Source: an uncultured Bacteroidota bacterium
Lineage (GTDB): Bacteria > Bacteroidota > Bacteroidia > Bacteroidales > VadinHA17
Length of the DNA: 64,000 bases
Reading direction: 5' to 3'
Assembly: GCA_937864815.1 (NCBI GenBank)
Contig: CALMJY010000171.1
Coordinates: forward strand, 1,997-65,996
Shown: piece by piece, positions 46,763-55,276 of the stretch
Layout: each line of letters starts with the position of its first letter
Position numbering within the stretch: position 1 is the stretch's first letter
Program-made: the position numbers and the translations under genes
Notes under the pieces: generated by a model
What the model was told of the DNA's origin: nothing
What the model saw: only the letters and a program-made list of their open reading frames with translations
The model's database searches: none

Positions 46763-46999
46763 ATGGACCTGCAAACAAGAAAACTCAATGTTATTGAATA
46801 TATTGCCGGGCTTGAAGACGAAAGTATCTTCAATAAAATTGAGCTTACTATCCTCGAAAACAAAGTCAGAAATGATCGTAAACTAAAACCGTTCACGCAA
46901 AAGCAATTATTGAGCAGAGCTAAAAGATCCAGCGAGGATTATAAATCTGAGAGATACAAATCTCAGGAGGTTTTAGAAAAAGAATCTGAATCGTGGTAG
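46763..46999 (+). CDS. putative antitoxin (addiction-module component)
   Basis: A 78-aa acidic/charged protein ending 4 nt before a ParE/RelE-like toxin gene. Confidence 0.6.
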   Translation: MDLQTRKLNVIEYIAGLEDESIFNKIELTILENKVRNDRKLKPFTQKQLLSRAKRSSEDYKSERYKSQEVLEKESESW

Positions 47000-47003
47000 A
47001 ATC

Positions 47004-47324
47004 ATGAAGATAATCTGGTCTGGGTTTGCTTCTGATTCTCTCTATGAGATTTATAAATACTACAAAGTTGCTGCCGGTAAAAATGTTGCTCAAAGAATCA
47101 AATCGCGAATATTTGCTGCAACAGCACAACTTCTTAAGCATCCGTTATCCGGACAAATAGAGACAAATCTTCAGAAACTTGGTGAAGATCACAGATATCT
47201 TGTCGAGGGAAACTACAAAATAATCTATAAAAGGGTCAAAGAAGGTATATTGATTACTGATGTATTTGATACCAGGCAAGATCCTGTAAAAATCTATGAA
47301 TCATCCGGAAAAACCATCAAATAA
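47004..47324 (+). CDS. type II toxin, ParE/RelE superfamily
   Basis: A 106-aa protein. The pattern ..LYEIYKYY..A..I..RI......L..HP..G......LG.DHRYLVEGNYKIIYKR..EGILITDVFDTRQDP is typical of plasmid-stabilisation ParE-like toxins. Confidence 0.75.
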   Translation: MKIIWSGFASDSLYEIYKYYKVAAGKNVAQRIKSRIFAATAQLLKHPLSGQIETNLQKLGEDHRYLVEGNYKIIYKRVKEGILITDVFDTRQDPVKIYESSGKTIK

Positions 47325-47393
47325 AAGATTGTATTTATATCACACCCCGCATTTTGAACCTTTTGCATCACAAAACTGTTTAAAAGTTATATT

Positions 47394-47461
47394 TGGGTGC
47401 TGGATACTGGATACTGGGCTTTCGTAATAAGGACCCAGAACCAAGAACCCAGAACCAAGAA
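47394..47461. repeat. heptamer arrays H6: (TGGRTRC)~4 then (CCCAGAA CCAAGAA)x2
   Basis: Units lie at 47394-47421 and 47434-47461, upstream of the Tat-AKR gene. Confidence 0.8.
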
Positions 47462-47519
47462 CCTCTTAATAAACATGATAAATTAACTATTCACCAGAAA
47501 TTACTTAATATAATAGAGT

Positions 47520-48416
47520 ATGAAAAAGACAAACCGTCGGGAGTTTCTTCAGAAGAGTGTGGCCGGTCTGGCAGGTTTAACCATTCTTTCAAAGGGAGTA
47601 TACGGTTCTGCAGATACAACATCACCGGAAATGATAGATATGGTAAAACTTGGAAATACCGGTATAAACGTACCCAGAGTTGCTCTTGGAACCGGCTCAG
47701 GTGGATGGAAGAATGCTTCAAACCAGACCAGGCTGGGTATGAAGGGATTTGTTGAGCTTTCCCAATACGCTTATGATAAGGGCATTCGATTCTTCGACAC
47801 AGCAGACATGTACGGATCACATGAATATGTACGTGAGTCGCTTAAGGTTCTTCCGAGAGACAAGGTTTCAATACTTACAAAGGTAATGGTATATGACCAG
47901 GCAGGATGGTACCAGAAAGAACCGTTCCAGACAAGTCTCGACAGATTCAGGATCGAAACCGGATCTGAATATTTTGATATTTTCCTTCTGCATTGCATGA
48001 TGCATGGAGGCTGGTCATCAGAATACAGGAATTACATGGATGAGGTTGCCAGGGCAAAAGAAAAGGGGATCCTGAAGACGGTTGGTGTTTCATGCCATAA
48101 CTTCGAGGCAATGGAAAATGCAGCCAGCAATCCGTGGGTAGATGTCCTCCTTGCAAGGATCAATAACAAAGGTTCCAAGATGGATGGTACGCCAGACCAG
48201 GTAATGAAGGTTCTTGAAACAGCCCGTAAAAACGGTAAAGGAGTAATAGGTATGAAGGTATTCGGTATGGGTGACCTTGTGAAGGAAGACCAGAGAGAAG
48301 CTTCACTTCAGTATGTGATAAAGAGTGGCAATGTTCATTGCATGACTCTGGGACTTGAGAACAGGGAACAGGTTGATGATACAGTGAGCCGGGTAATGCG
48401 AATCGCGAAATCCTGA
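47520..48416 (+). CDS. aldo/keto reductase with Tat-type signal peptide
   Basis: N-terminus MKKTNRREFLQKSVAGLAGL, AKR motif FFDTADMYG. Confidence 0.8.
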   Translation: MKKTNRREFLQKSVAGLAGLTILSKGVYGSADTTSPEMIDMVKLGNTGINVPRVALGTGSGGWKNASNQTRLGMKGFVELSQYAYDKGIRFFDTADMYGSHEYVRESLKVLPRDKVSILTKVMVYDQAGWYQKEPFQTSLDRFRIETGSEYFDIFLLHCMMHGGWSSEYRNYMDEVARAKEKGILKTVGVSCHNFEAMENAASNPWVDVLLARINNKGSKMDGTPDQVMKVLETARKNGKGVIGMKVFGMGDLVKEDQREASLQYVIKSGNVHCMTLGLENREQVDDTVSRVMRIAKS

Positions 48417-48470
48417 CCTTGTCCTCATTGCAGAGACCAGGGCTGTTAAAATAGATATTTTCCTTAAATC

Positions 48471-48545
48471 CACCCCTAAATCCCCTCAGGGGGGACTTTG
48501 TAAAAACGAACGTTCTGCAAAGCCCCCCTTGGGGGGTTTGGGGGT
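48471..48545 (+). repeat. family-A element, copy A5
   Basis: Both arms are present with a 21-nt centre, and the left arm has a 1-nt insertion (CCCCTCAGGGGGG). It lies between convergent genes. Confidence 0.9.
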
Positions 48546-48608
48546 AAAAACAACTCTTGAGACAGCCACAAACAAATGATGTACTTTTTGAAAAATTTCA
48601 TAATCCCT

Positions 48609-49076
48609 TTACCACCTGGTGAAGGGATTTTTTGCAATATAGGAATTATAATACCTGAGATCACCTGTAACCTCCTGCCCCAGCCATTCGGGCAGAGGAA
48701 ATGTATCAGATTCTGATTTCAGTTCAATTTCTGCCATAACAAGTCCTTCATTCTCACCATGAAACTCATCAACCTCCCATGTGTAATTGCCTGAAGGTAT
48801 CAGATAGCGGGTCTTGTCAATTATCCCGCTGTCGCATAAGCTGAGCAGCTCATCAGCCTCTCTAAAAGCTATCTCCTTCTCCCATTCATATCGACTTAAC
48901 CCGCTTTCACCAGTACCTCCTTTTATTGTCAGGTAACCTGTCTTATCCTTAAGTCTTACACGAACAGTAATACCATGAACAGTCGATATATATCCCTGTT
49001 TTATTGTTAAAGATTTAACAGCATATTTCTTGAAGTCTCCCTTAATAAGGAACTTGCGTTCAATTTCCTGCCCCAT
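48609..49076 (-). CDS. CYTH-domain protein (CyaB/ThTPase-like triphosphate tunnel metalloenzyme)
   Basis: N-terminal EIERKFLIK (ExExK) and 155 aa. Confidence 0.8.
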   Translation of the reverse strand: MGQEIERKFLIKGDFKKYAVKSLTIKQGYISTVHGITVRVRLKDKTGYLTIKGGTGESGLSRYEWEKEIAFREADELLSLCDSGIIDKTRYLIPSGNYTWEVDEFHGENEGLVMAEIELKSESDTFPLPEWLGQEVTGDLRYYNSYIAKNPFTRW

Positions 49077-49079
49077 TGA

Positions 49080-49841
49080 TCAGATATCTAGTTTTATTTT
49101 GTGCAATTTATGTCCGCCATCATCTATTATCCATGCTATGCCGGTGGATCTGTCAACAGCTACACCCTCTGCCTGCTTCACATCTATTTTCTGGCTTTTT
49201 ATAAGAGAACCATCTGTTCTGCAGTGATTTAGAGTTTGTGATTCATGACTTACTATCCAGAGTGTGTTATCGGTAACATCATAATCAATGCCTGAATAAT
49301 CATCAGCAAACGACAGTTTGTGATTATCCCACTTTTTTGAATTTCTATCGTACACAATGAGGGTTCCCGGATTCTTTTCAATAAGAATATAAATAAGGTT
49401 ACCGTTAATAGCAATCCCCTCAAATCCCGAGTTGTCTTTAGTTTTAATATGCACATCTTTTATCTTGTCCATAAGTTCTCCCTCTTTATTCAGATGGAAA
49501 ATCCTTTGTTGTTTCTCCTCAACAATCCAAATGTCTCCATTGGCTTTATCAATATCTATACCCTCAAGATCATGAGCTCCCGAAGGAATTTTATCAAGTA
49601 TATCTCCTGTTAAACTGATCTTATATATTACCCCGTTCTTGTCACTTACGGTATACAGGGCATCTTTTAAAGGGGAAAAAGCGAGTCCTGATGGTTCAGG
49701 TATACTCAGGGGGAACGAGGAATCATCCTTACTTTTTTTCTTTGAATCCTGTGATGAATTACCAGAACTATCACTCAGACAAGATGTTAATTGCCAGGAT
49801 ACAATAAAGATTAATATCACAGAAGATATAATAAGTCTCAT
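49080..49841 (-). CDS. SdiA-regulated (YjiK-like) beta-propeller lipoprotein
   Basis: Lipobox QLTSC. It has EPSGLAFSP, DLEGIDID and repeated blade-like segments. Confidence 0.65.
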   Translation of the reverse strand: MRLIISSVILIFIVSWQLTSCLSDSSGNSSQDSKKKSKDDSSFPLSIPEPSGLAFSPLKDALYTVSDKNGVIYKISLTGDILDKIPSGAHDLEGIDIDKANGDIWIVEEKQQRIFHLNKEGELMDKIKDVHIKTKDNSGFEGIAINGNLIYILIEKNPGTLIVYDRNSKKWDNHKLSFADDYSGIDYDVTDNTLWIVSHESQTLNHCRTDGSLIKSQKIDVKQAEGVAVDRSTGIAWIIDDGGHKLHKIKLDI

Positions 49842-49990
49842 AGATCTGTTTTAGTGAGATCGGAATTTTACCACTGCCAAATTATTACAAATTTACCAGA
49901 GTTTACTAACTTGGATTACTAATTACCGGTAACAGAAAATTTTGAAAAGGAATCAGGCTGAATACATATTAATTAAACAGATTACATGTT

Positions 49991-51229
49991 ATGAAAAAAC
50001 CTCACTCTATACTTATACTCATATTAATTGCAGCATCTGCAATATACAGCTGCAAAACATCTGGCCTTAAATATCCTGAAAGGATGGGAGAAGAAATATA
50101 TGTTTCGAATGAAGATGAACTTCATCTTGCAGTATTGAATGCAGAACCACATGTCACTATTCTCATAAGTGATGGAGTTTATAATCTTAAACGGCCACTT
50201 TTAATAGAGGACAAATCTCATATTACTATTTGCAGTGCCTCAAACGACAGTGCCAGGGTGATTCTTATAGGTGATGGCTGGTCCGACTTCTATAAAAAGG
50301 AGCGCAGGGAAAACGATCCTGCGGATCTGATAATAATCCGGAATTCAGAAGACATCTTCATTGCCGATATTACCATCAGGGAAGTAAGTCATTACGGGAT
50401 TAAACTGGATACGGAATCAAAAGCTGCCAATTCCGCCCTGAGGAATATAAATATCTTCCGTTGTCACTTTGTGAACATCGGTACAAGGGCCTTTAAAGGT
50501 ACGGCAACAAAAGACAGGACACACCTTACCGGTGGATCTGTCAGGTCATGTATTTTTGAAAATACACTGATACCGGATACCTCATGGCTTTATAATGGTG
50601 ACTATATTTCTGCTATAGATATGATGTACCTGGACAGCTGGACGTTCAGTGATAATATTTTCAGAAATTTCAAGGGAGCCGGCGGAGGCGGAAGGGGGGC
50701 GATATTTATATGGAATCAGAGCCGGAATATAGTTGTGGAAAGGAATGTTTTTGTCGGCTGTGACAGGAGCATAGCTTTCGGAAATCCCTCAGAACCTACA
50801 AATTATGAGCCCGGAACGCTTCACAATTATGACGGTATAATCAGAAACAATTTTATAACTGGCGGAACAAAGGAAGGAAAAGGAATTGAAATTGTATGGG
50901 CAGACAATATCAAAATTTACAATAACACAATCTGGTCATCCGATACTAACTACCTGGCAATACATTACTTTCAGAAAATAAATCGCCTCTCTCTGGTAAA
51001 TAACCTGGCTCGTGGGAAAATCTCCGGAGAAGCAAATGAAGTGATTTATGAAGCTAATATTACAGGAATTCCGGAAGGTTATTTTACCAATCCGGCAACA
51101 GGTGACCTTCATCTGACAAAAAATGCAACAGAAGCAATTGGAAAAGGGTTGCAACTTTCTGATGTGAAGAATGATATAGACCGGCAAAAAAGAGGTAAAC
51201 ATCCTGACATTGGAGCCGATCAAAAGTAA
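49991..51229 (+). CDS. right-handed parallel beta-helix repeat lipoprotein (pectate-lyase fold)
   Basis: Lipobox AIYSC. There are repeated ..I..N.F.. beta-helix turns, and the function is unknown. Confidence 0.6.
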   Translation: MKKPHSILILILIAASAIYSCKTSGLKYPERMGEEIYVSNEDELHLAVLNAEPHVTILISDGVYNLKRPLLIEDKSHITICSASNDSARVILIGDGWSDFYKKERRENDPADLIIIRNSEDIFIADITIREVSHYGIKLDTESKAANSALRNINIFRCHFVNIGTRAFKGTATKDRTHLTGGSVRSCIFENTLIPDTSWLYNGDYISAIDMMYLDSWTFSDNIFRNFKGAGGGGRGAIFIWNQSRNIVVERNVFVGCDRSIAFGNPSEPTNYEPGTLHNYDGIIRNNFITGGTKEGKGIEIVWADNIKIYNNTIWSSDTNYLAIHYFQKINRLSLVNNLARGKISGEANEVIYEANITGIPEGYFTNPATGDLHLTKNATEAIGKGLQLSDVKNDIDRQKRGKHPDIGADQK

Positions 51230-51277
51230 GCTGGTAATTTTTAAAAATTTAATATTGAATTGATAAACCGAATCCAT

Positions 51278-53494
51278 ATGAAAAAACCTGCCTTCCTGTT
51301 AGCATTGATCTTCATTTCAACCATGCTTACGGCTCAGATTGAAATTACCAGGGACGGAAAACCTGTCGGGAGAATCGTTGCCGACCTTAATTACCAACCT
51401 GATAAAAAGGCAGCGGATCTTCTGAACAGCTTCATTGAGAAGATCACAGGCACAAAACTTCCGGTGGAAAATCCGGGAGGGAAAATCAAAGCAGGCGATA
51501 TTATCATAAGGGGCCTGGGTTCAGCCACTCCTTCCGACAAATCCCTGATCCTTAAAGAGGATGGATTCCGCCTCAGATCAGACAAAACAAGCATTATGAT
51601 ACAGGGGGGAGCAGGCAAAGGATCTCTTTATGGAGTAGTAACTCTCATTGAGGACTACTTTGGAGTGAGGTATTATGCTGCAGGTGCAATCTCACTAACA
51701 AAGAACCCGAACCTAACAATTCCTTCAGACTTAAACAGGACTGAGAATCCCAGCTTCCGGCACAGGCAGACTCAGTCATATAATCTTGCGATCGATCCTC
51801 TGTATAAAATATGGAACAGGCTTGAAGAACCGGGTGAAATATTTGCAGCAAGCTATTGGGTGCATACTTTCGATCGGCTTCTTCCATCAGCCAGGTATGG
51901 GACCGCCCATCCTGAATACTTCTCACTTATAAACGGACAGCGACGTCCGGGATCAGCAAGCCAGTGGTGCCTTACCAATGAGGATGTGTTCGAAATTGTT
52001 TCCAAAAGGATCGATTCAATCTTTAAGGCCAACCCGGGACAGAAGATGATCTCAGTAAGTCAGAATGACGGCAATTTCACTAACTGTCAGTGCGAACACT
52101 GTAAAAAGACAGATGACGAAAACGGGGGGCCATCCGGAAGCCTCATTTATTTCCTTAATAAACTGGCAGCCAGATTTCCCGATAAGGAATTCTCAACGCT
52201 GGCGTATCTATACTCGATGAATCCACCTTCGAAAATCAAACCTCTTCCAAATGTCAATATAATGCTTTGTAATATTGACTGTTACAGAGAGGTTCCACTG
52301 ACAGATAATGCTTCGGGACAGCATTTCATGAAGGCACTTGAAGGTTGGGCAAAGATCTCTGATAACATTTTTGTATGGGATTATGGAATCAATTTCGACA
52401 ACTACATTTCCCCCTTCCCCAATTTCCATATCCTGCAGACAAACATGCAGCTTTTCAAAAAGAACAATGTCAATATGCACTTTTCGCAGATTGCCAGCAT
52501 AAAAGGTGGAGATTTTTCTGAATTAAGGAGCTATGTTGTTTCAAAGCTTCTGTGGAATGTGAACTGCAATGCTGATTCGGTAATTCACTCATTCCTTAAA
52601 GGCTACTACGGTGATGCTGCACCTTTCCTCTATCAGTACATGAAAATACAGGAAGGTGCCCTGCTTGGAAGCAATATAGGTCTTTGGATCTATGATACCC
52701 CAATCACCCATAAAACAGGGATGCTGAATCCAAACATGATAAAGAGTTACAGAAAGCTTTTTGATGAGGCAGAAAAGGCAGTAGCTTCAGACAGTATATT
52801 ACTTAAAAGAGTATGGCAGCAGCGTCTCTCAATTCAGTTTGCAGAGCTGGAGATAGCCAGAACAGGTGACATGTCAGACGCAGAAAGGATTAAAAAAGAA
52901 CTTGCCATCTTCAGGAGCAGGGCACAATTGCTGGGAGTAAAAACTCTGAATGAGAGGAATAACACAATTGAAGAATATTGCGACCTGTACCTTAAGCGCA
53001 ACCTGCCAAATCCAAAAAAGAGTCTGGCCGCAAATGCAAAGGTCACCTACACTATGCCACCCAATAAACCCTATGACAGGATATCTGACAAAGCACTGAC
53101 TGACGGACTTCTGGGTGGTGCTACATTTAACGAAAGCTGGGTTGGATGGGAGAAGAATGATGGTGAAGTAATAATAGATCTTGGAGAGATAAAAGATATT
53201 GAAACGGTTGAGGCTGATTTCCTTCATAAGCTGGGTTCATGGATCCTGATACCAAAGAGTATGACATGTCATATATCAACTGATAATAAAAATTTTACAC
53301 TTTTCGGAAGAGTGGATATTCCTGAAGACCGGTCAGCTGCAGTTAAGTATGTGAGTTATGAGGTAAAATCAATGCAGAAAGTACGAGCCAGGTATGTCAG
53401 AGTGCACTTTGAGAATGTGGGGATTGGGCCTTCCTGGCATTATGGAGTGGGATATCCTGTGTGGCTTTTTACGGATGAGATATATGTGTATTAA
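51278..53494 (+). CDS. DUF4838-family protein with C-terminal F5/8 type C (discoidin) domain
   Basis: Signal MKKPAFLLALIFISTMLTAQ, a GH20b/GH67N-like N-domain and a central DUF4838-like region (assigned from memory). ATG 51278 is preferred to TTG 51260. Confidence 0.55.
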   Translation: MKKPAFLLALIFISTMLTAQIEITRDGKPVGRIVADLNYQPDKKAADLLNSFIEKITGTKLPVENPGGKIKAGDIIIRGLGSATPSDKSLILKEDGFRLRSDKTSIMIQGGAGKGSLYGVVTLIEDYFGVRYYAAGAISLTKNPNLTIPSDLNRTENPSFRHRQTQSYNLAIDPLYKIWNRLEEPGEIFAASYWVHTFDRLLPSARYGTAHPEYFSLINGQRRPGSASQWCLTNEDVFEIVSKRIDSIFKANPGQKMISVSQNDGNFTNCQCEHCKKTDDENGGPSGSLIYFLNKLAARFPDKEFSTLAYLYSMNPPSKIKPLPNVNIMLCNIDCYREVPLTDNASGQHFMKALEGWAKISDNIFVWDYGINFDNYISPFPNFHILQTNMQLFKKNNVNMHFSQIASIKGGDFSELRSYVVSKLLWNVNCNADSVIHSFLKGYYGDAAPFLYQYMKIQEGALLGSNIGLWIYDTPITHKTGMLNPNMIKSYRKLFDEAEKAVASDSILLKRVWQQRLSIQFAELEIARTGDMSDAERIKKELAIFRSRAQLLGVKTLNERNNTIEEYCDLYLKRNLPNPKKSLAANAKVTYTMPPNKPYDRISDKALTDGLLGGATFNESWVGWEKNDGEVIIDLGEIKDIETVEADFLHKLGSWILIPKSMTCHISTDNKNFTLFGRVDIPEDRSAAVKYVSYEVKSMQKVRARYVRVHFENVGIGPSWHYGVGYPVWLFTDEIYVY

Positions 53495-53603
53495 CCTCTC
53501 CCTAAATCCCTCTCCCAGGGGAGAGGGACTTAATAAACGAATGTTCCTTCTCCCCTTCTCCCCCGGGAGAAGGGTTCCGATAGCTATCGGGAGGGGGATG
53601 AGG
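53495..53603 (+). repeat. diverged relative of family A (three internal palindromes)
   Basis: CCTCTCCCTAAATCCCTCTCCCAGGGGAGAGGGACTT .. CCCTTCTCCCCCGGGAGAAGGG .. CCGATAGCTATCGG .. GGGGGATGAGG. It keeps the TAAATCCC..GGGACTT frame of family A. Confidence 0.75.
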
Positions 53604-53616
53604 TGAATTTCTTAAG

Positions 53617-53684
53617 CTGGCGCGGATTTAGCGAAGCGTAATCCGTGCCTGATTCTATGGCACCAATTGCAAATTGGCGCCATC
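53617..53684 (-). repeat. four-way-junction (cloverleaf-like) element, copy 1
   Basis: Core 53618-53682 has four contiguous Watson-Crick stems: 18-23/77-82, 24-28/40-44, 45-49/59-63 and 64-68/72-76. It is identical to the reverse complement of 57203-57270 except for one 9-nt loop. Confidence 0.9.
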
Positions 53685-53696
53685 ATGTGGTATACC

Positions 53697-55124
53697 TTAT
53701 TCCTTTACAATTTTCAGAGCGATATCCCTCAGATATTCCGGTGATTTGATTTGTAGCCAGCCACCATTATGACCATTATGGGATTCGGGAATTTCAGAGC
53801 CGGTTTTTGTATCGGTCCAGGTTAAGTTATATGATCCTGCAGGCAGGTTTATTTCAATTACTGATGAAATGCTTACTGTATCTTTTACAGACAGATACAA
53901 AGCCCATACATTGCCATCCTCAAAAAGTCCCTCGACAGACATGCCATTTGTACCCGGATTAATAACCTCTTCACCGACCGGTTTCATTTTAATAAAATTG
54001 AGAGACTTCATGAATCCTGCAAGTATTCTGAACTGTTCCCGGAGTTCCCGGCTGCCTCCGCCAGGTTCCCCTTTCTGAACAACGTATGTTCCATCTTCAT
54101 TATCAGTAGTGAAGGAATAATCGAGATGGTTGAACAGAGCACCACCAGACATCAGAAACCTCCATGCTTCAATGCGGTAAATAGTGCCGTCAATTCCTCT
54201 GAATCCTGTTTCATTATCGCCCAGAGGCAGGTTCAGATGATAGTTTAGAGGAACTGTAACCGGTGGTTCTGCGTAATGGAAATTGTAAATTGAGACATGC
54301 TCTCTTGGCTCCGGAATCAGCTTTTTAAAGTTCTGTACATTATTGGATATAAGATGCTTATTGATAAAATCCTTCTCTGCATCTGCAACAATATCAGTCA
54401 TATGAGCTTCCCATTCCCTCAGGGCCAATGTATCACCGAAATATGGTTCGTTGCATATTTCATAATAAAGGTTATCGAAATCTTTAAGTTCGTTTACAAT
54501 CTTCCTGGCCATTTTAACCTGTATATCAAGTAATTCAGGCTGTCTGTTTGAGAGCACTTCTTTCCAGTCTTTGATTATCTGCAGACTGTTAATATTGTTA
54601 CTGTGGTAAAGAGGCGACAATTTCCATTGAATTGTATCATAGATACAGGAAAAGAGGTCCAGTTCAACAACTATGTTTCTTTTTCCTGCTTCAGTAATAA
54701 AATCTTTCAGTCGTGTGAAGTATGTCTCGTCCCACTTGTTAAGATCGAACTTGTTTCCTCCGTTAAAATATCCTGGTTCTGAACTTCTTGCCCAGGGAGC
54801 AATGTATCGCTCCGGTGCAGGGGCCATAGTGTTTTTCTTGATTCCGAAAGCTCCGGTAGGTTCAACGTATATACCTGAAAAGGTGCGTGTTATATTAAGT
54901 CCGCAAGCAGCAAGTTCATCTAAGTATTTAACATAGTCAAAATCGAGGTTCATTGCAGCACCGTAATGCTCAGTGGAACCGATAAGGACTGTCGGTTTAT
55001 CCCTGAAAAGGAAATAATGTGGATTCCCGGGGTGAACACTGATAGGAATTGGTAATTCAGATGATGTACAGGAAGAGAGAAGTGCTGAAGTCATCAAAAA
55101 GAAAGAAAAAAAATAAGTCTTCAT
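53697..55124 (-). CDS. lipoprotein, clan GH-A TIM-barrel glycoside hydrolase (GH5/DUF4038-like)
   Basis: Lipobox ALLSSC. It has the NEP acid/base motif (LYYEICNEPYF). The exact family is uncertain. Confidence 0.55.
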   Translation of the reverse strand: MKTYFFSFFLMTSALLSSCTSSELPIPISVHPGNPHYFLFRDKPTVLIGSTEHYGAAMNLDFDYVKYLDELAACGLNITRTFSGIYVEPTGAFGIKKNTMAPAPERYIAPWARSSEPGYFNGGNKFDLNKWDETYFTRLKDFITEAGKRNIVVELDLFSCIYDTIQWKLSPLYHSNNINSLQIIKDWKEVLSNRQPELLDIQVKMARKIVNELKDFDNLYYEICNEPYFGDTLALREWEAHMTDIVADAEKDFINKHLISNNVQNFKKLIPEPREHVSIYNFHYAEPPVTVPLNYHLNLPLGDNETGFRGIDGTIYRIEAWRFLMSGGALFNHLDYSFTTDNEDGTYVVQKGEPGGGSRELREQFRILAGFMKSLNFIKMKPVGEEVINPGTNGMSVEGLFEDGNVWALYLSVKDTVSISSVIEINLPAGSYNLTWTDTKTGSEIPESHNGHNGGWLQIKSPEYLRDIALKIVKE

Positions 55125-55169
55125 ATCTCAAAATTGTGTTTAACAAGAAAATTACTACTCCTTACTTAC

Positions 55170-55274
55170 CACCCCTAAATCCCCCAGGGGGGACTTTAAA
55201 GCCATTAATCATCTCATTCTCTTTTCCTCATCCGGCACCAATTTCTTTAAGCCCCCCTTGGGGGGTTTGGGGGT
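55170..55274 (+). repeat. family-A element, copy A6 (52-nt centre)
   Basis: Both arms are perfect and this is the longest variable centre. It lies between two co-directional minus-strand genes. Confidence 0.9.
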
Positions 55275-55276
55275 AT

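Noticed and set aside
48476-48664. ORFs reading through family-A or related repeats (48476..48664, 53394..53606, 55049..55318, 62925..63191), giving peptides like PLNPPGGTLK, NPSPRGEGL or SPRGDLK.
   Set aside because: The repeat sequence is the only long open stretch. The same peptide motifs arise wherever the element occurs, in any frame context.
49842-49990. ATTAC-rich stretch (..GGATTACTAATTACCGG..) as another GATTACC heptamer array.
   Set aside because: There is no clean tandem periodicity, only scattered partial matches.
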